From positions 750,001 through 782,000 of the forward strand of contig NC_002937.3 in assembly GCF_000195755.1 (NCBI RefSeq): 32,000 nt of DNA, given 5' to 3'. This stretch comes from Nitratidesulfovibrio vulgaris str. Hildenborough (GTDB taxonomy: Bacteria; Desulfobacterota; Desulfovibrionia; Desulfovibrionales; Desulfovibrionaceae). Below the pieces are notes generated by a model, which saw nothing but the letters and a program-made list of their open reading frames with translations, searched no databases and was not told the origin of the DNA. Positions within the stretch are counted from its first letter, which is position 1, and every line of letters begins with the position of its first letter. Positions 15,035 to 23,226 of this stretch are shown in pieces. A program made the position numbers and the translations under genes.

Positions 15035-15994
15035 ATGACCGACGTTGCCACCCTCTGGGAGGGGCTTGGCGTGCCTCTGGTGCGCCTGCTGTCTTCCCTG
15101 TCTCTGGGGTTGCTTGTCGCCAACGTCATTGAATCGCTGAACTGGACTCGAGGTGTTGCGCGACTGGCAGCACCGCTTGTCCAGCTGGGGCATCTGCGTG
15201 ATGTTGCGGGGGCTTCGTTCTCGCTGGCCTTCTTTTCGTCAGTAGCATCGAACTCGTTGCTTGCCGAAAGCTACGAACGTGGAGACCTGTCCCGACGCGA
15301 ACTCATGTTCGCCAACCTGTTCAACAGCCTTCCCGCCTACCTCACCCATCTGCCGACACTGTTCTTCATGACGTGGACGGTACTCGGGTGGCCCGCCGTG
15401 GTCTATGTCGGGCTGACACTCGCTGCCGCAGCCATGCGCACCGTGCTCACGCTGCTGTGCGGGCGCGTGATGCTGCCCCCGTTGCCGGAGGGGTGCGTGA
15501 CGTGCCGTCTGGACGAACACGGCGAGGTTTCGCGGGGCACTGCCCTGCAACGGGCGTGGCGCATGTTCCGCAGGCGGTTCCCCCGCCTTCTGCTGTTCAC
15601 GATTCCGACGTATGTCGTCATGTACATGCTGCAGATTACCGGTGGTTTCGCATCTGCGCAGGATTGGCTGGCCGAACATGTACACTGGCTCGGTTTTCTC
15701 AGGCCCGAGGCTTTGGGCATCGTCGTGCTGCACCTCGCTGCAGAGTTCGGTGCCGCCCTGTCCGCAGCCAGTGCGGTTCTCAATACCGGTGCGTTATCCG
15801 AGCGCGAGATTGTGCTCGCCCTGCTCGTAGGCAATGTCCTCTCTACACCGATGCGGGCGTTCAGGCACCAGTTTCCGGCCTACGCCGGGTACTTCAAGCC
15901 CGCCTTGGCACTCAACCTTGTGCTTGCCAATCAGGTACTCCGTGCCTTGAGCATCATCTGCGTCGGGTGTGCCTACTATCTTGTGAGCGCCTAG
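15035..15994 (+). CDS. polytopic membrane protein, nucleoside-recognition (Gate) domain-like
   Basis: Multiple hydrophobic segments. The N-terminal region resembles Gate/FeoB-C/SpmA-type domains (LVANVIESLNW...LAAPLV...FSLAFFSS). Starts 14 nt after the PilZ stop, so probably the same operon. Family assignment is by eye only. Confidence 0.8.
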   Translation: MTDVATLWEGLGVPLVRLLSSLSLGLLVANVIESLNWTRGVARLAAPLVQLGHLRDVAGASFSLAFFSSVASNSLLAESYERGDLSRRELMFANLFNSLPAYLTHLPTLFFMTWTVLGWPAVVYVGLTLAAAAMRTVLTLLCGRVMLPPLPEGCVTCRLDEHGEVSRGTALQRAWRMFRRRFPRLLLFTIPTYVVMYMLQITGGFASAQDWLAEHVHWLGFLRPEALGIVVLHLAAEFGAALSAASAVLNTGALSEREIVLALLVGNVLSTPMRAFRHQFPAYAGYFKPALALNLVLANQVLRALSIICVGCAYYLVSA

Positions 15995-16473
15995 CCCGGC
16001 GGTACACGCGTTCATACGTGCCCGCCGCCATGTCGTTTCCGGCATCGTCCTGTCGTGTTGCGTTCCCTCGGGGTCTGCCAAGGCTGATAGTCTCACACCT
16101 TGTGTGCTGCGGCCCCCTGCGGGCGCCTGCCGTCCTTCCACGCAAAGAACGCCGGATAGGGCATGAGAGCCCTCGCTCGAGGGCCTTCTCACCGTGTGTG
16201 CCGAACACGGTCAGGCTGACCGGCAGGCCTGTGGGGTGCTATGTCGACGCGCCTTGCTGTACCGAGCCCCCGCAGTGACGCAGGTGCCGCACTCGGCCTG
16301 CGCCTTCTCCTCCCTGCTCACATTCGAGCGACAGGCCGTCGCCCATACCTCCCTGTAAGCAACGACAGGGTGTGTGGCGTTCCCGTCCGGTGTCTCTAGC
16401 GTAGGTCGCACCTCAAGGGTGGGTACATGGTGTTTCCGTAAGTCTCCTGTCCGGGAACAGAAGGGCTGCAACG

Positions 16474-16504
16474 AAAAAGGAGCGGGGGTGACCCCGCTCC
16501 TTTT
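16474..16504. terminator. bidirectional rho-independent terminator (ends qrc operon)
   Basis: AAAAA-GGAGCGGGG-gtga-CCCCGCTCC-TTTT: a 9-bp GC stem flanked by an A5 run and a T4 run, 23 nt from the qrcD stop. Confidence 0.8.
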
Positions 16505-16526
16505 GAAGGCGATGCTCGCGCAAGGG

Positions 16527-17786
16527 TTACTTGCGGTTCAACTCCGCTTCCTGCGGGAAGATGGGCAGATAGCGGTAGGAGAGGCTGAGCACGAGGGCAG
16601 CATAGGCGACGATCATCACGCTGGCACCCCATTCGGCCCAGTTCGGCAGGTAGCTTTCCCACGAGTCGAAGGGCATGACCGGGATGGCGAGTGCCTGCAC
16701 GGTCATGACGTAGCGGTTGATGGTGATGCCGATGCAGTCGAGGATGGCTGCGCTGTAGAACAGCACAGGGTTGTTGCGCAGGGCGGGCACGATGAGGATG
16801 ATGGCAGGAACCAGACCGCAGTAGAACAGTTCGGCCCACAGCATCCACTTGCCGTAAATCCAGCCGCTGGTGAACATCTGATCGAAGGTCAGCCCCTGAC
16901 GCGGGAGCAGGTCGTAGGCCCACGCGTAGGTGTCGGCGAACTTGAAGATCAGGTAGACCATGAGCATGGTACCGGCGATCTTGCCCATGAGGCTCTTCAC
17001 TTCCCACGACACCAGCTTGCGGCCGGTCATCTTCTCCATGAGCGTGCAGACCAGCACCGTGAACACCGGGCCGGAGCCCACGGCGGAGAGCACGTACAGG
17101 AAGAAGGTCCAGGGCCAGATGAAGAAGCCTTCGCGGTAGATGTAGGGACGGCCGAAGAGGACGCCGTACATGCCACCGAGCGAACCCTGGTGGAAGGTGG
17201 AGAGGAAGGCACCGATACCGGCGAACAGCGGCATCATGACGTGGAAGTTATGCGCCACGGCATGCACCAGCTTGTTCTTGTTGAGCTGACGGTTTTCGAG
17301 GATCAGCGGGACGTACTCGATGATGAGCACGAGGCAGTAGCACGTGATGCAGAAGATGACTTCGGTGAGCATCGAGTGCACGTTGGCGTGCCAGTAGCCG
17401 AACCATGCGCGAAGCGGCTGGCCGATGTCGAGCACGAGCACGAGCATGGCACCCGAGTAGCACAGAAAGCCGATGATGACGGCAAGGTTGATGATGTTCT
17501 TCAGCGGGTCGATGTTCAGGATGTAGCGCAGCAGACCCGAGAAGAACGCACCGGCACCGAGGGCGATGACGGCAAGGTCGAACGTGATCCAGAGGCCGAA
17601 ACCGAAGTAGTCGTCAAGCCCGGTCACGCCGAGGCCTTCGGCGAGGACGCGGTAGGCCGCGTACAGACCCCAGCCGAAGAACACGAACACGAAGGCCATC
17701 CACATCATGAACTTGGAGAGTGAGCAGCGCTCGCAGCCCTCCGGGAACAGTTCGGCATCGACGGGAAGGTTGTAGTTCTTGTCCAT
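16527..17786 (-). CDS. qrcD: QrcD, NrfD/PsrC-type integral membrane quinone-interacting subunit
   Basis: About 10 hydrophobic helices in an NrfD-like protein. Last gene of a cytochrome c / molybdopterin-like / FeS / NrfD four-gene cluster. Confidence 0.93.
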   Translation of the reverse strand: MDKNYNLPVDAELFPEGCERCSLSKFMMWMAFVFVFFGWGLYAAYRVLAEGLGVTGLDDYFGFGLWITFDLAVIALGAGAFFSGLLRYILNIDPLKNIINLAVIIGFLCYSGAMLVLVLDIGQPLRAWFGYWHANVHSMLTEVIFCITCYCLVLIIEYVPLILENRQLNKNKLVHAVAHNFHVMMPLFAGIGAFLSTFHQGSLGGMYGVLFGRPYIYREGFFIWPWTFFLYVLSAVGSGPVFTVLVCTLMEKMTGRKLVSWEVKSLMGKIAGTMLMVYLIFKFADTYAWAYDLLPRQGLTFDQMFTSGWIYGKWMLWAELFYCGLVPAIILIVPALRNNPVLFYSAAILDCIGITINRYVMTVQALAIPVMPFDSWESYLPNWAEWGASVMIVAYAALVLSLSYRYLPIFPQEAELNRK

Positions 17787-17789
17787 GAC

Positions 17790-18557
17790 CTACCCCTTGA
17801 CCTTTTCGTGTTCGAGATAGTTGTCGCCAAGGCGACGCACCCATTCACGGCGGCTCAGGTAGTACACCTGCGGGTCGGTGCCGAGGCGTTCGAGCAGCCT
17901 GAAGGCATACTTGCTCTTGTGGAGTTCATGCACACGATGCTCGGGGTTGTTGAAGTCCCCGAAGATGATGGCGCCGTTGGGGCACGCCTCGGTGCACGAG
18001 GTCACGTAGTCACCGTCACGCAGGGCGCTGGGGTCGCGTCCTTCGACACGGGCCTTATCCTTGGCCTGCATGAAGCGGTGGTGGCAGAAGGTGCACTTTT
18101 CCACGACACCGCGCGGACGTACGGAGACGTCGGGGGTGAGGGTCTTGTCCATACCTTCGGGCCACGTGGGGTCGAACCAGTTGAAGTAACGGGCATGGTA
18201 GGGGCACGAGGCCATGCAGTACCGGCAACCGATGCATCGCGGGTACACCTGGCTGACGATGCCGCCTTCCTCGTTCTTGTCGGTCGCCACGACAGGGCAC
18301 ACCGACACGCATGAAGGCTTGCCGCACTGCATGCACGGACGGGGCAGGTAGGCCACGTCGTGCTCGGGGAACGGCTTGCCGTTGTTGAGTTCGTACACCA
18401 CAAGCCAGTTCAGCGACTTCAGCTTGTTGCTGGCATCAGGCTGCGGGGCGATGTTGTTCTCGGCCTGACAGGCAACCATGCACGCGCCGCAGCCCGTACA
18501 TTTGTCGAGGTCGATGACCATCCCCCACTTGATCTTGAATTCCTTGAAAGAAGACAT
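17790..18557 (-). CDS. qrcC: QrcC, periplasmic 4Fe-4S cluster protein
   Basis: Ferredoxin-type motifs CTGCGACMVAC, CMQCGKPSCVSVCP, CIGCRYCMASCP and CTFCHHR, typical of a PsrB/HybA-like subunit. Confidence 0.93.
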   Translation of the reverse strand: MSSFKEFKIKWGMVIDLDKCTGCGACMVACQAENNIAPQPDASNKLKSLNWLVVYELNNGKPFPEHDVAYLPRPCMQCGKPSCVSVCPVVATDKNEEGGIVSQVYPRCIGCRYCMASCPYHARYFNWFDPTWPEGMDKTLTPDVSVRPRGVVEKCTFCHHRFMQAKDKARVEGRDPSALRDGDYVTSCTEACPNGAIIFGDFNNPEHRVHELHKSKYAFRLLERLGTDPQVYYLSRREWVRRLGDNYLEHEKVKG

Positions 18558-18569
18558 GACGTACGTTCC

Positions 18570-20645
18570 TTATGCTTTGGCGATGTTGACGCCGGCACCG
18601 GTCCAAACCGCGAGCCCTGTAACAGGCTCGGTGCTGGGTGCAAGCAGGTGCATCACGTTTTCGCCCTTGCCCTTGCTGAACTCGTCGAAGGCGGTGTGGC
18701 CGAAGCCGAGCGGCATCGCCACGGTGTCGTTCATGACACCTTCGAAGATGTTCACGCGGACCGTCACCTTGCCTGTGGGGTTGGACAGCACGACGCGGTC
18801 ATGCTGAGCGAGACCCAGCTTGCGGGCGGTCGCACCGTTCAGCATCACGTAGCCTTCCTTGCCCTGAACTTCCCAGCGGCGGATGGTCTTCGTGTTGAAC
18901 GGCGGAATGGCCGTCTTGCTGGTGCCCATGTTCAGCTTCATGACCGGGGCGAGCGCCAGCGGAAGGGCGGGGGCCTTCACGTCGAGCGCCTTGGAGAGTA
19001 CGTCGGGCCGGAACGACAGGTTGGCACCTACAGTCGCGCGGCTGGTGAAGGCGGTGCCCTCGGCCAGCTTGTCGAAGTCGGCACCGTGGGCGGCTGCCTT
19101 GGCCTTGAGCATGTCTTCGAAGGAGGCTACGCCGAGGTCGAGACCAAGCTTGCCACCGAGGGCGATGAGCGCGTCACCGGCGGGCTTGGTGTCGAACAGG
19201 GGAGCCGTTACGGGCGTGGCGAGGCTGTAGACGACTTCGCCGCAACCGTAGGGCGTGCATACGTCGTCGAGTCGTTCAAGCCCCATGGATACGGGGATGA
19301 CGAGGTCGCACTGCATGGCGGTCTCATCGAGGAAGCTGGTGAAGGCCACCTTGAAGGGAACCTTGGCCAGCGTGTCCTTGAAGGCCGAGCCCTGCGGGAG
19401 GGCGTAGACCGGGTTGGCCTCGTAGACCAGCATGGCCTTGGGAGCCTTGGCCTTGCCGGAGGCAATGGCGGAGGCCCACAGGGTGAGGTCCTGCTGCAGC
19501 ATGGCCTTGCGGTCCATGCCTGCGGGAACGACCTTCCTGGCCACGGGCAGGGCCCGCAGGCCGCCGTCCCGGTTCACCGAGCCAAGCAGCATGTTGAGGG
19601 CGATGCCAGCCATGACGGGGGCAGCGCCTGCGCCCTGGCTGAATTCGGAACCCACGATGACCAGAGGATGCTTCGCCTTGGCGAGTGCCTGTGCAAGGGC
19701 TGTGAGGGCCTTCGCGTCGACACCGGTCTGGGCGGCGACCTTCTCGGGGGAGAAGGAGGCGGCGAGACTGCGGAAGGCGTCGAAGTCGGGAGCGGAGGAC
19801 GATGCCCCCGCCTTGATGAGCAGATGGGCCAGACCGAGGGCGAAGGCCGATTCGGTCCCGGGGCGGATGGGCAGCCAGTCGTCGGCGCCTGTGGCGGTGT
19901 TGTTGAGCACCGGCCCGGCATAGACGAACTGCGCCGTGGGCTCGGCCCCGTGCGGGTGGCTGGCGCCGAAGGCATGGCGGTTACGGATGGCCGTTCCCCA
20001 TGCTTCGAGGACGTTGGCACCGATGGCGAGCACGAAGTCGCTCTTCTCGATGTCGTAGCCGATTTGCCCTTCGCCGCCCATGAGGTCCCATGCCTTGGCG
20101 GCGGGCTGTGCCTCGCCGGGCATGAGGAAGAAGCTCTTCGAACCGCTCTGCTGCACGAAGGCGGAGAGCAGTTCGTTGATGGTGCCGTTGTCGTCGCCGG
20201 AGATGCAGGCGAGGGCGTCGCCGCCCTTGGCGGCCTTGAGGCCGTCAAGCAGCATGGCCTCCGCCTCTTCCCACGAGATCATCACATACGCGCCGTCGGG
20301 CGAACGCTTCAGCGGGCGCTTCATGCGCGCGGGGCTGTAGAGCATCTGCACTTCGGCGGCAGCGATGGAAGACACGCCGCCCTTGCTCAGCGGGTGTTCG
20401 GGGTTGCCGATGACGCGCACGGGGCGGCCGTCGACAAGGCGTACCCGGACACCTATGCCGGTGGGGCAGAGCTTGCTGACAGTGGGAACGTAGCTGTTGG
20501 CCCCCTTGATGTTACGGGGGATCCACGACCAGTTCTGGGACCAGATGGATACGTCATCGAGGCCTTTCCACACCACGGGAGTGGCGAGGATGCCTGCGGT
20601 GGCGCCGCCTATGAACTTGAGAAAACCTCTTCTGTCCAGTGCCAT
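18570..20645 (-). CDS. qrcB: QrcB, molybdopterin-oxidoreductase-family subunit (cofactor-less type) with Tat signal
   Basis: Twin-arginine signal MALDRRGFLKFIGGATAG and a molybdopterin oxidoreductase fold throughout. Only one Cys (LCPTG) remains of the usual N-terminal 4-Cys FeS motif. GAGGGG RBS. Confidence 0.93.
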   Translation of the reverse strand: MALDRRGFLKFIGGATAGILATPVVWKGLDDVSIWSQNWSWIPRNIKGANSYVPTVSKLCPTGIGVRVRLVDGRPVRVIGNPEHPLSKGGVSSIAAAEVQMLYSPARMKRPLKRSPDGAYVMISWEEAEAMLLDGLKAAKGGDALACISGDDNGTINELLSAFVQQSGSKSFFLMPGEAQPAAKAWDLMGGEGQIGYDIEKSDFVLAIGANVLEAWGTAIRNRHAFGASHPHGAEPTAQFVYAGPVLNNTATGADDWLPIRPGTESAFALGLAHLLIKAGASSSAPDFDAFRSLAASFSPEKVAAQTGVDAKALTALAQALAKAKHPLVIVGSEFSQGAGAAPVMAGIALNMLLGSVNRDGGLRALPVARKVVPAGMDRKAMLQQDLTLWASAIASGKAKAPKAMLVYEANPVYALPQGSAFKDTLAKVPFKVAFTSFLDETAMQCDLVIPVSMGLERLDDVCTPYGCGEVVYSLATPVTAPLFDTKPAGDALIALGGKLGLDLGVASFEDMLKAKAAAHGADFDKLAEGTAFTSRATVGANLSFRPDVLSKALDVKAPALPLALAPVMKLNMGTSKTAIPPFNTKTIRRWEVQGKEGYVMLNGATARKLGLAQHDRVVLSNPTGKVTVRVNIFEGVMNDTVAMPLGFGHTAFDEFSKGKGENVMHLLAPSTEPVTGLAVWTGAGVNIAKA

Positions 20646-20660
20646 TGCACCACCCCTCTG

Positions 20661-21293
20661 TTACTTGTGGCACACGAAGCAGGCGTTGCTGGAGTTGGTC
20701 ACGCCAAGGTGGTTCTCATTGGCGTGGCAACGCTCGCACTGCCACATCTTCATGGTCTGCTTGCTGTAACCGGTAAGCTTGTTCTCGTAGTGGGTCGGGG
20801 CCTTGTCGGAATCCGCCACGTCGAGGTGGCAGAGATTGCAAAGCTCCCTCTCCGAGAACTGGTGACACTGGTTGCAGCCGTCCAGAGAGTGCGCCGCATG
20901 GCTGAAGAACACGTTGTCGGGCTGATACTGGTAGACCAGCCACTTCACTTCCTTGCCGGACTTCACGTACTCAGCCACGAACCGCGCCTCTTCGGGGTCG
21001 GACCCGAGGACGTCGGAGTGGCATTCGGCACAGCTCGCGGTGGAGGGCAGGCCAGCAAAGGACCCGTCCTCGCGCAGGCTGTGGCACTGCTTACATTCCA
21101 TGCCAGCATCATTGACATGGACCTTGTGGCTGAACCGGATCGGCTGTTCTTTCTGGCTGTAGAGCATTTCCGGGAATGCCCACCAACCGAAGACCAGCGC
21201 GACGACCAGGCCGACGAAGAACGGCGCTGCGCCACCACATGCGCATTTGCGACCGTTTTCGTTGTCTGCATTGGTTAACTGCCTGTCCTCCAT
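20661..21293 (-). CDS. qrcA: QrcA, membrane-anchored hexahaem cytochrome c
   Basis: Six CxxCH motifs (CKQCH, CAECH, CNQCH, CNLCH, CERCH, CFVCH) after one TM helix. I chose the ATG at 21293 (MEDRQLT...) with GAGG upstream, because the ORF-track TTG at 21350 lies inside the predicted promoter. Confidence 0.9.
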   Translation of the reverse strand: MEDRQLTNADNENGRKCACGGAAPFFVGLVVALVFGWWAFPEMLYSQKEQPIRFSHKVHVNDAGMECKQCHSLREDGSFAGLPSTASCAECHSDVLGSDPEEARFVAEYVKSGKEVKWLVYQYQPDNVFFSHAAHSLDGCNQCHQFSERELCNLCHLDVADSDKAPTHYENKLTGYSKQTMKMWQCERCHANENHLGVTNSSNACFVCHK

Positions 21294-21352
21294 ACCCTTC
21301 GCCTCAGCAGGTTTGAAGATGGATAACGATAGCCCACACTTGCCAAGCAACC

Positions 21353-21382
21353 TTAATAGGCGGCTGCGAGAAACCTTGTCAA
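21353..21382 (-). promoter_or_regulatory. sigma70-type promoter of qrcABCD
   Basis: Minus strand TTGACA (21382..21377), 18-nt spacer, TATTAA (21358..21353). About 50-nt leader to the qrcA ATG. Confidence 0.5.
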
Positions 21383-21383
21383 G

Positions 21384-21397
21384 GTGAAATATTTCAC
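21384..21397. promoter_or_regulatory. CRP/FNR-family-type palindromic site abutting the qrc -35 box
   Basis: Perfect 14-bp palindrome GTGAAATATTTCAC (GTGA-N6-TCAC core, compare TGTGA-N6-TCACA), 1 nt upstream of TTGACA. This is a class-II-like position. Confidence 0.45.
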
Positions 21398-21551
21398 GAA
21401 CTAGCGAGTATTTCAGCTAATGGACTGTCATCATTGGAGGGCGTCAGGGGCTGGATGAGAGGCGCATATTGTGCGTCATGTCAAACGCAGGCCCGGAACC
21501 GCCCCCCTAGTCTCTATAGGATGACCGTGGGCGGACCTGTCCCTGTCGCGT

Positions 21552-21578
21552 TCGACATGCAGACTCCCTGCATGTCGA
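21552..21578. other. perfect 11-bp stem / 5-nt loop hairpin of unknown role
   Basis: TCGACATGCAG-actcc-CTGCATGTCGA in the manC-qrcA intergenic region, with no flanking T/A run. Confidence 0.4.
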
Positions 21579-21807
21579 TGCGTCTGAAAGAAAGGCTGGC
21601 ATCTTTCGCGTGACAGTCGGTATACGACACGTTCGAAAGACGCTGCCCGAGAACTTCGATGCGTATCTAGGGCAGATGATGCCGGAAGGGGCGCAGGCGC
21701 AGCCGCTCTTGCAGGCGGCCCTGCGCACCTGCTTCTGACGCGGTTGGCGCGCCAGATGGTGAAGCCTCGCCATCCGCCGTCGAGTTGCGTCCTGCCAGTA
21801 TGTGCCT

Positions 21808-23226
21808 CTACTTCGGCTTTCTACCGTAGACGTCCTCGAAGCGGACGATGTCATCCTCCTCAAGGTATGGGCCGCTTTGCACTTCGATGAGTTCCAGCGG
21901 AATCTTGCCGGGGTTCGATAGCCTGTGCATGGCGCCGCGCGGGATGACGGCCCACTGGTTCTCGGTGAGGAGGGTCTCGGTCTCGCCCACCTGCACCAGT
22001 GCCGCCCCGCTGACGACGACCCAGTGTTCGCTGCGGTGATGATGCATCTGCAGGGAAAGGCGCGCGCCGGGAAGCACGGTGATGCGTTTGATCTTGAAGA
22101 GTTTGCCCTCTTCGAGAACAGTGTAGCTGCCCCACGGTCTGTGCACGGTGAGATGGACTTCGGCAAGCGAACTGCTCTCGGCCTTGAGCAGTTCAACGAC
22201 ATCCTTCACCCGTTGCGTCTTGTCGAGGGCACACACGAGGGTGGCGTCACGGGTCTGCACGGCGACGATGTCCTTGAGGCCGATGCCGACAAGCTTTCCG
22301 CCCCTCGAGAAGAGCATGGAGTTTTCACAGTCGAGGGCCATGGTGTCACCGCGGCGCACGCAGCCCGATTCGTCTTTCTTGCCCAACCGGTAGAGGGCTT
22401 CCCAGCTGCCGAGGTCGTCCCAGCCGAAGTCCGCCTCCACGACGGCGATGCGGCTGGCGTGTTCCATGATGCCGTAATCCACCGAGATGGAGGGGATGGA
22501 TGTATAGCCTTCGATGAGCGGACGGTCGCCCCTGCTTTCCCACCAGTGACCAAGGTCGGACTGGTGCGCGTGCACGGCTTCGATGAGGGACTGGCCGTTG
22601 AAGACGAACATGCCACTGTTCCAGAAATAGCGGCCATCCTTCAGGTAGGCCGTAGCTGTGGCATGGTCGGGCTTTTCGACGAAACCTTCGACCTCGAACG
22701 ACCTGTCTGCGATGCTGTCGCCGCGACGGATGTAGCCGTAGCCGGTCTCGGGATGCGTGGGCGGTACGCCGAAGGTGACGAACCAGCCGTCATCGGCAAG
22801 GCGTGTCGCCTCATCGAGGGCGGCTTGCCATCGAGGGATGTCGCCCAGCATGTGGTCGGACGGAAAGACGGCGATGGTGGGCGGTGTCTCGCCTCCGGTG
22901 GCCCGCCATGCGGCGTCGAGGCCGAGAAGGATGGCGGGCAGGGTATTGCGCCCGCGCGGTTCGGCGATGACACCGGCTTCAAGACGCGGGTCGAGGGTGC
23001 GGGCCTGCGCCCGGACCTCGAAGACGTGTTCTTCGTTGGTGACGACGTGGATGTGGTCGGGCCGGAAATGGGTGAGCGCGCGCTTGAGGGTCTCCTGCAA
23101 CAGGGTCAGGTCGCCATTGAGCGCGATGAGTTGTTTGGGGAACAGAGAGCGCGAAATGGGCCAGAGGCGAGTGCCGGAACCTCCGGCGAGGATGATGGCG
23201 TGACAGGCGGGGGACTGCGCGTTCAT
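21808..23226 (-). CDS. manC: bifunctional mannose-1-phosphate guanylyltransferase / mannose-6-phosphate isomerase (type II)
   Basis: N-terminal nucleotidyltransferase motif AIILAGGSGTRLWPISR and a C-terminal cupin (HHHRSEHWVVVSGAALV). ATG at 23226 forms an ATGA overlap with the rfbC stop. The ORF-track extension to 23355 overlaps rfbC. Confidence 0.93.
   Translation of the reverse strand: MNAQSPACHAIILAGGSGTRLWPISRSLFPKQLIALNGDLTLLQETLKRALTHFRPDHIHVVTNEEHVFEVRAQARTLDPRLEAGVIAEPRGRNTLPAILLGLDAAWRATGGETPPTIAVFPSDHMLGDIPRWQAALDEATRLADDGWFVTFGVPPTHPETGYGYIRRGDSIADRSFEVEGFVEKPDHATATAYLKDGRYFWNSGMFVFNGQSLIEAVHAHQSDLGHWWESRGDRPLIEGYTSIPSISVDYGIMEHASRIAVVEADFGWDDLGSWEALYRLGKKDESGCVRRGDTMALDCENSMLFSRGGKLVGIGLKDIVAVQTRDATLVCALDKTQRVKDVVELLKAESSSLAEVHLTVHRPWGSYTVLEEGKLFKIKRITVLPGARLSLQMHHHRSEHWVVVSGAALVQVGETETLLTENQWAVIPRGAMHRLSNPGKIPLELIEVQSGPYLEEDDIVRFEDVYGRKPK

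Noticed and set aside
16211-16471. 86-aa minus-strand ORF downstream of qrcD
   Set aside because: It is separated from qrcD by a strong bidirectional terminator, has no promoter or RBS, and its sequence is not protein-like.
16374-17723. 449-aa ORF on the + strand
   Set aside because: It lies antisense to the NrfD-like qrcD. It has acidic/His-rich shadow composition and no RBS.
18360-21278. 972-aa ORF on the + strand (the longest in the window)
   Set aside because: It lies antisense to qrcC, qrcB and qrcA, which carry Tat signal, FeS and six-haem motifs. The sequence is a low-complexity G/A/V/L/E shadow frame.
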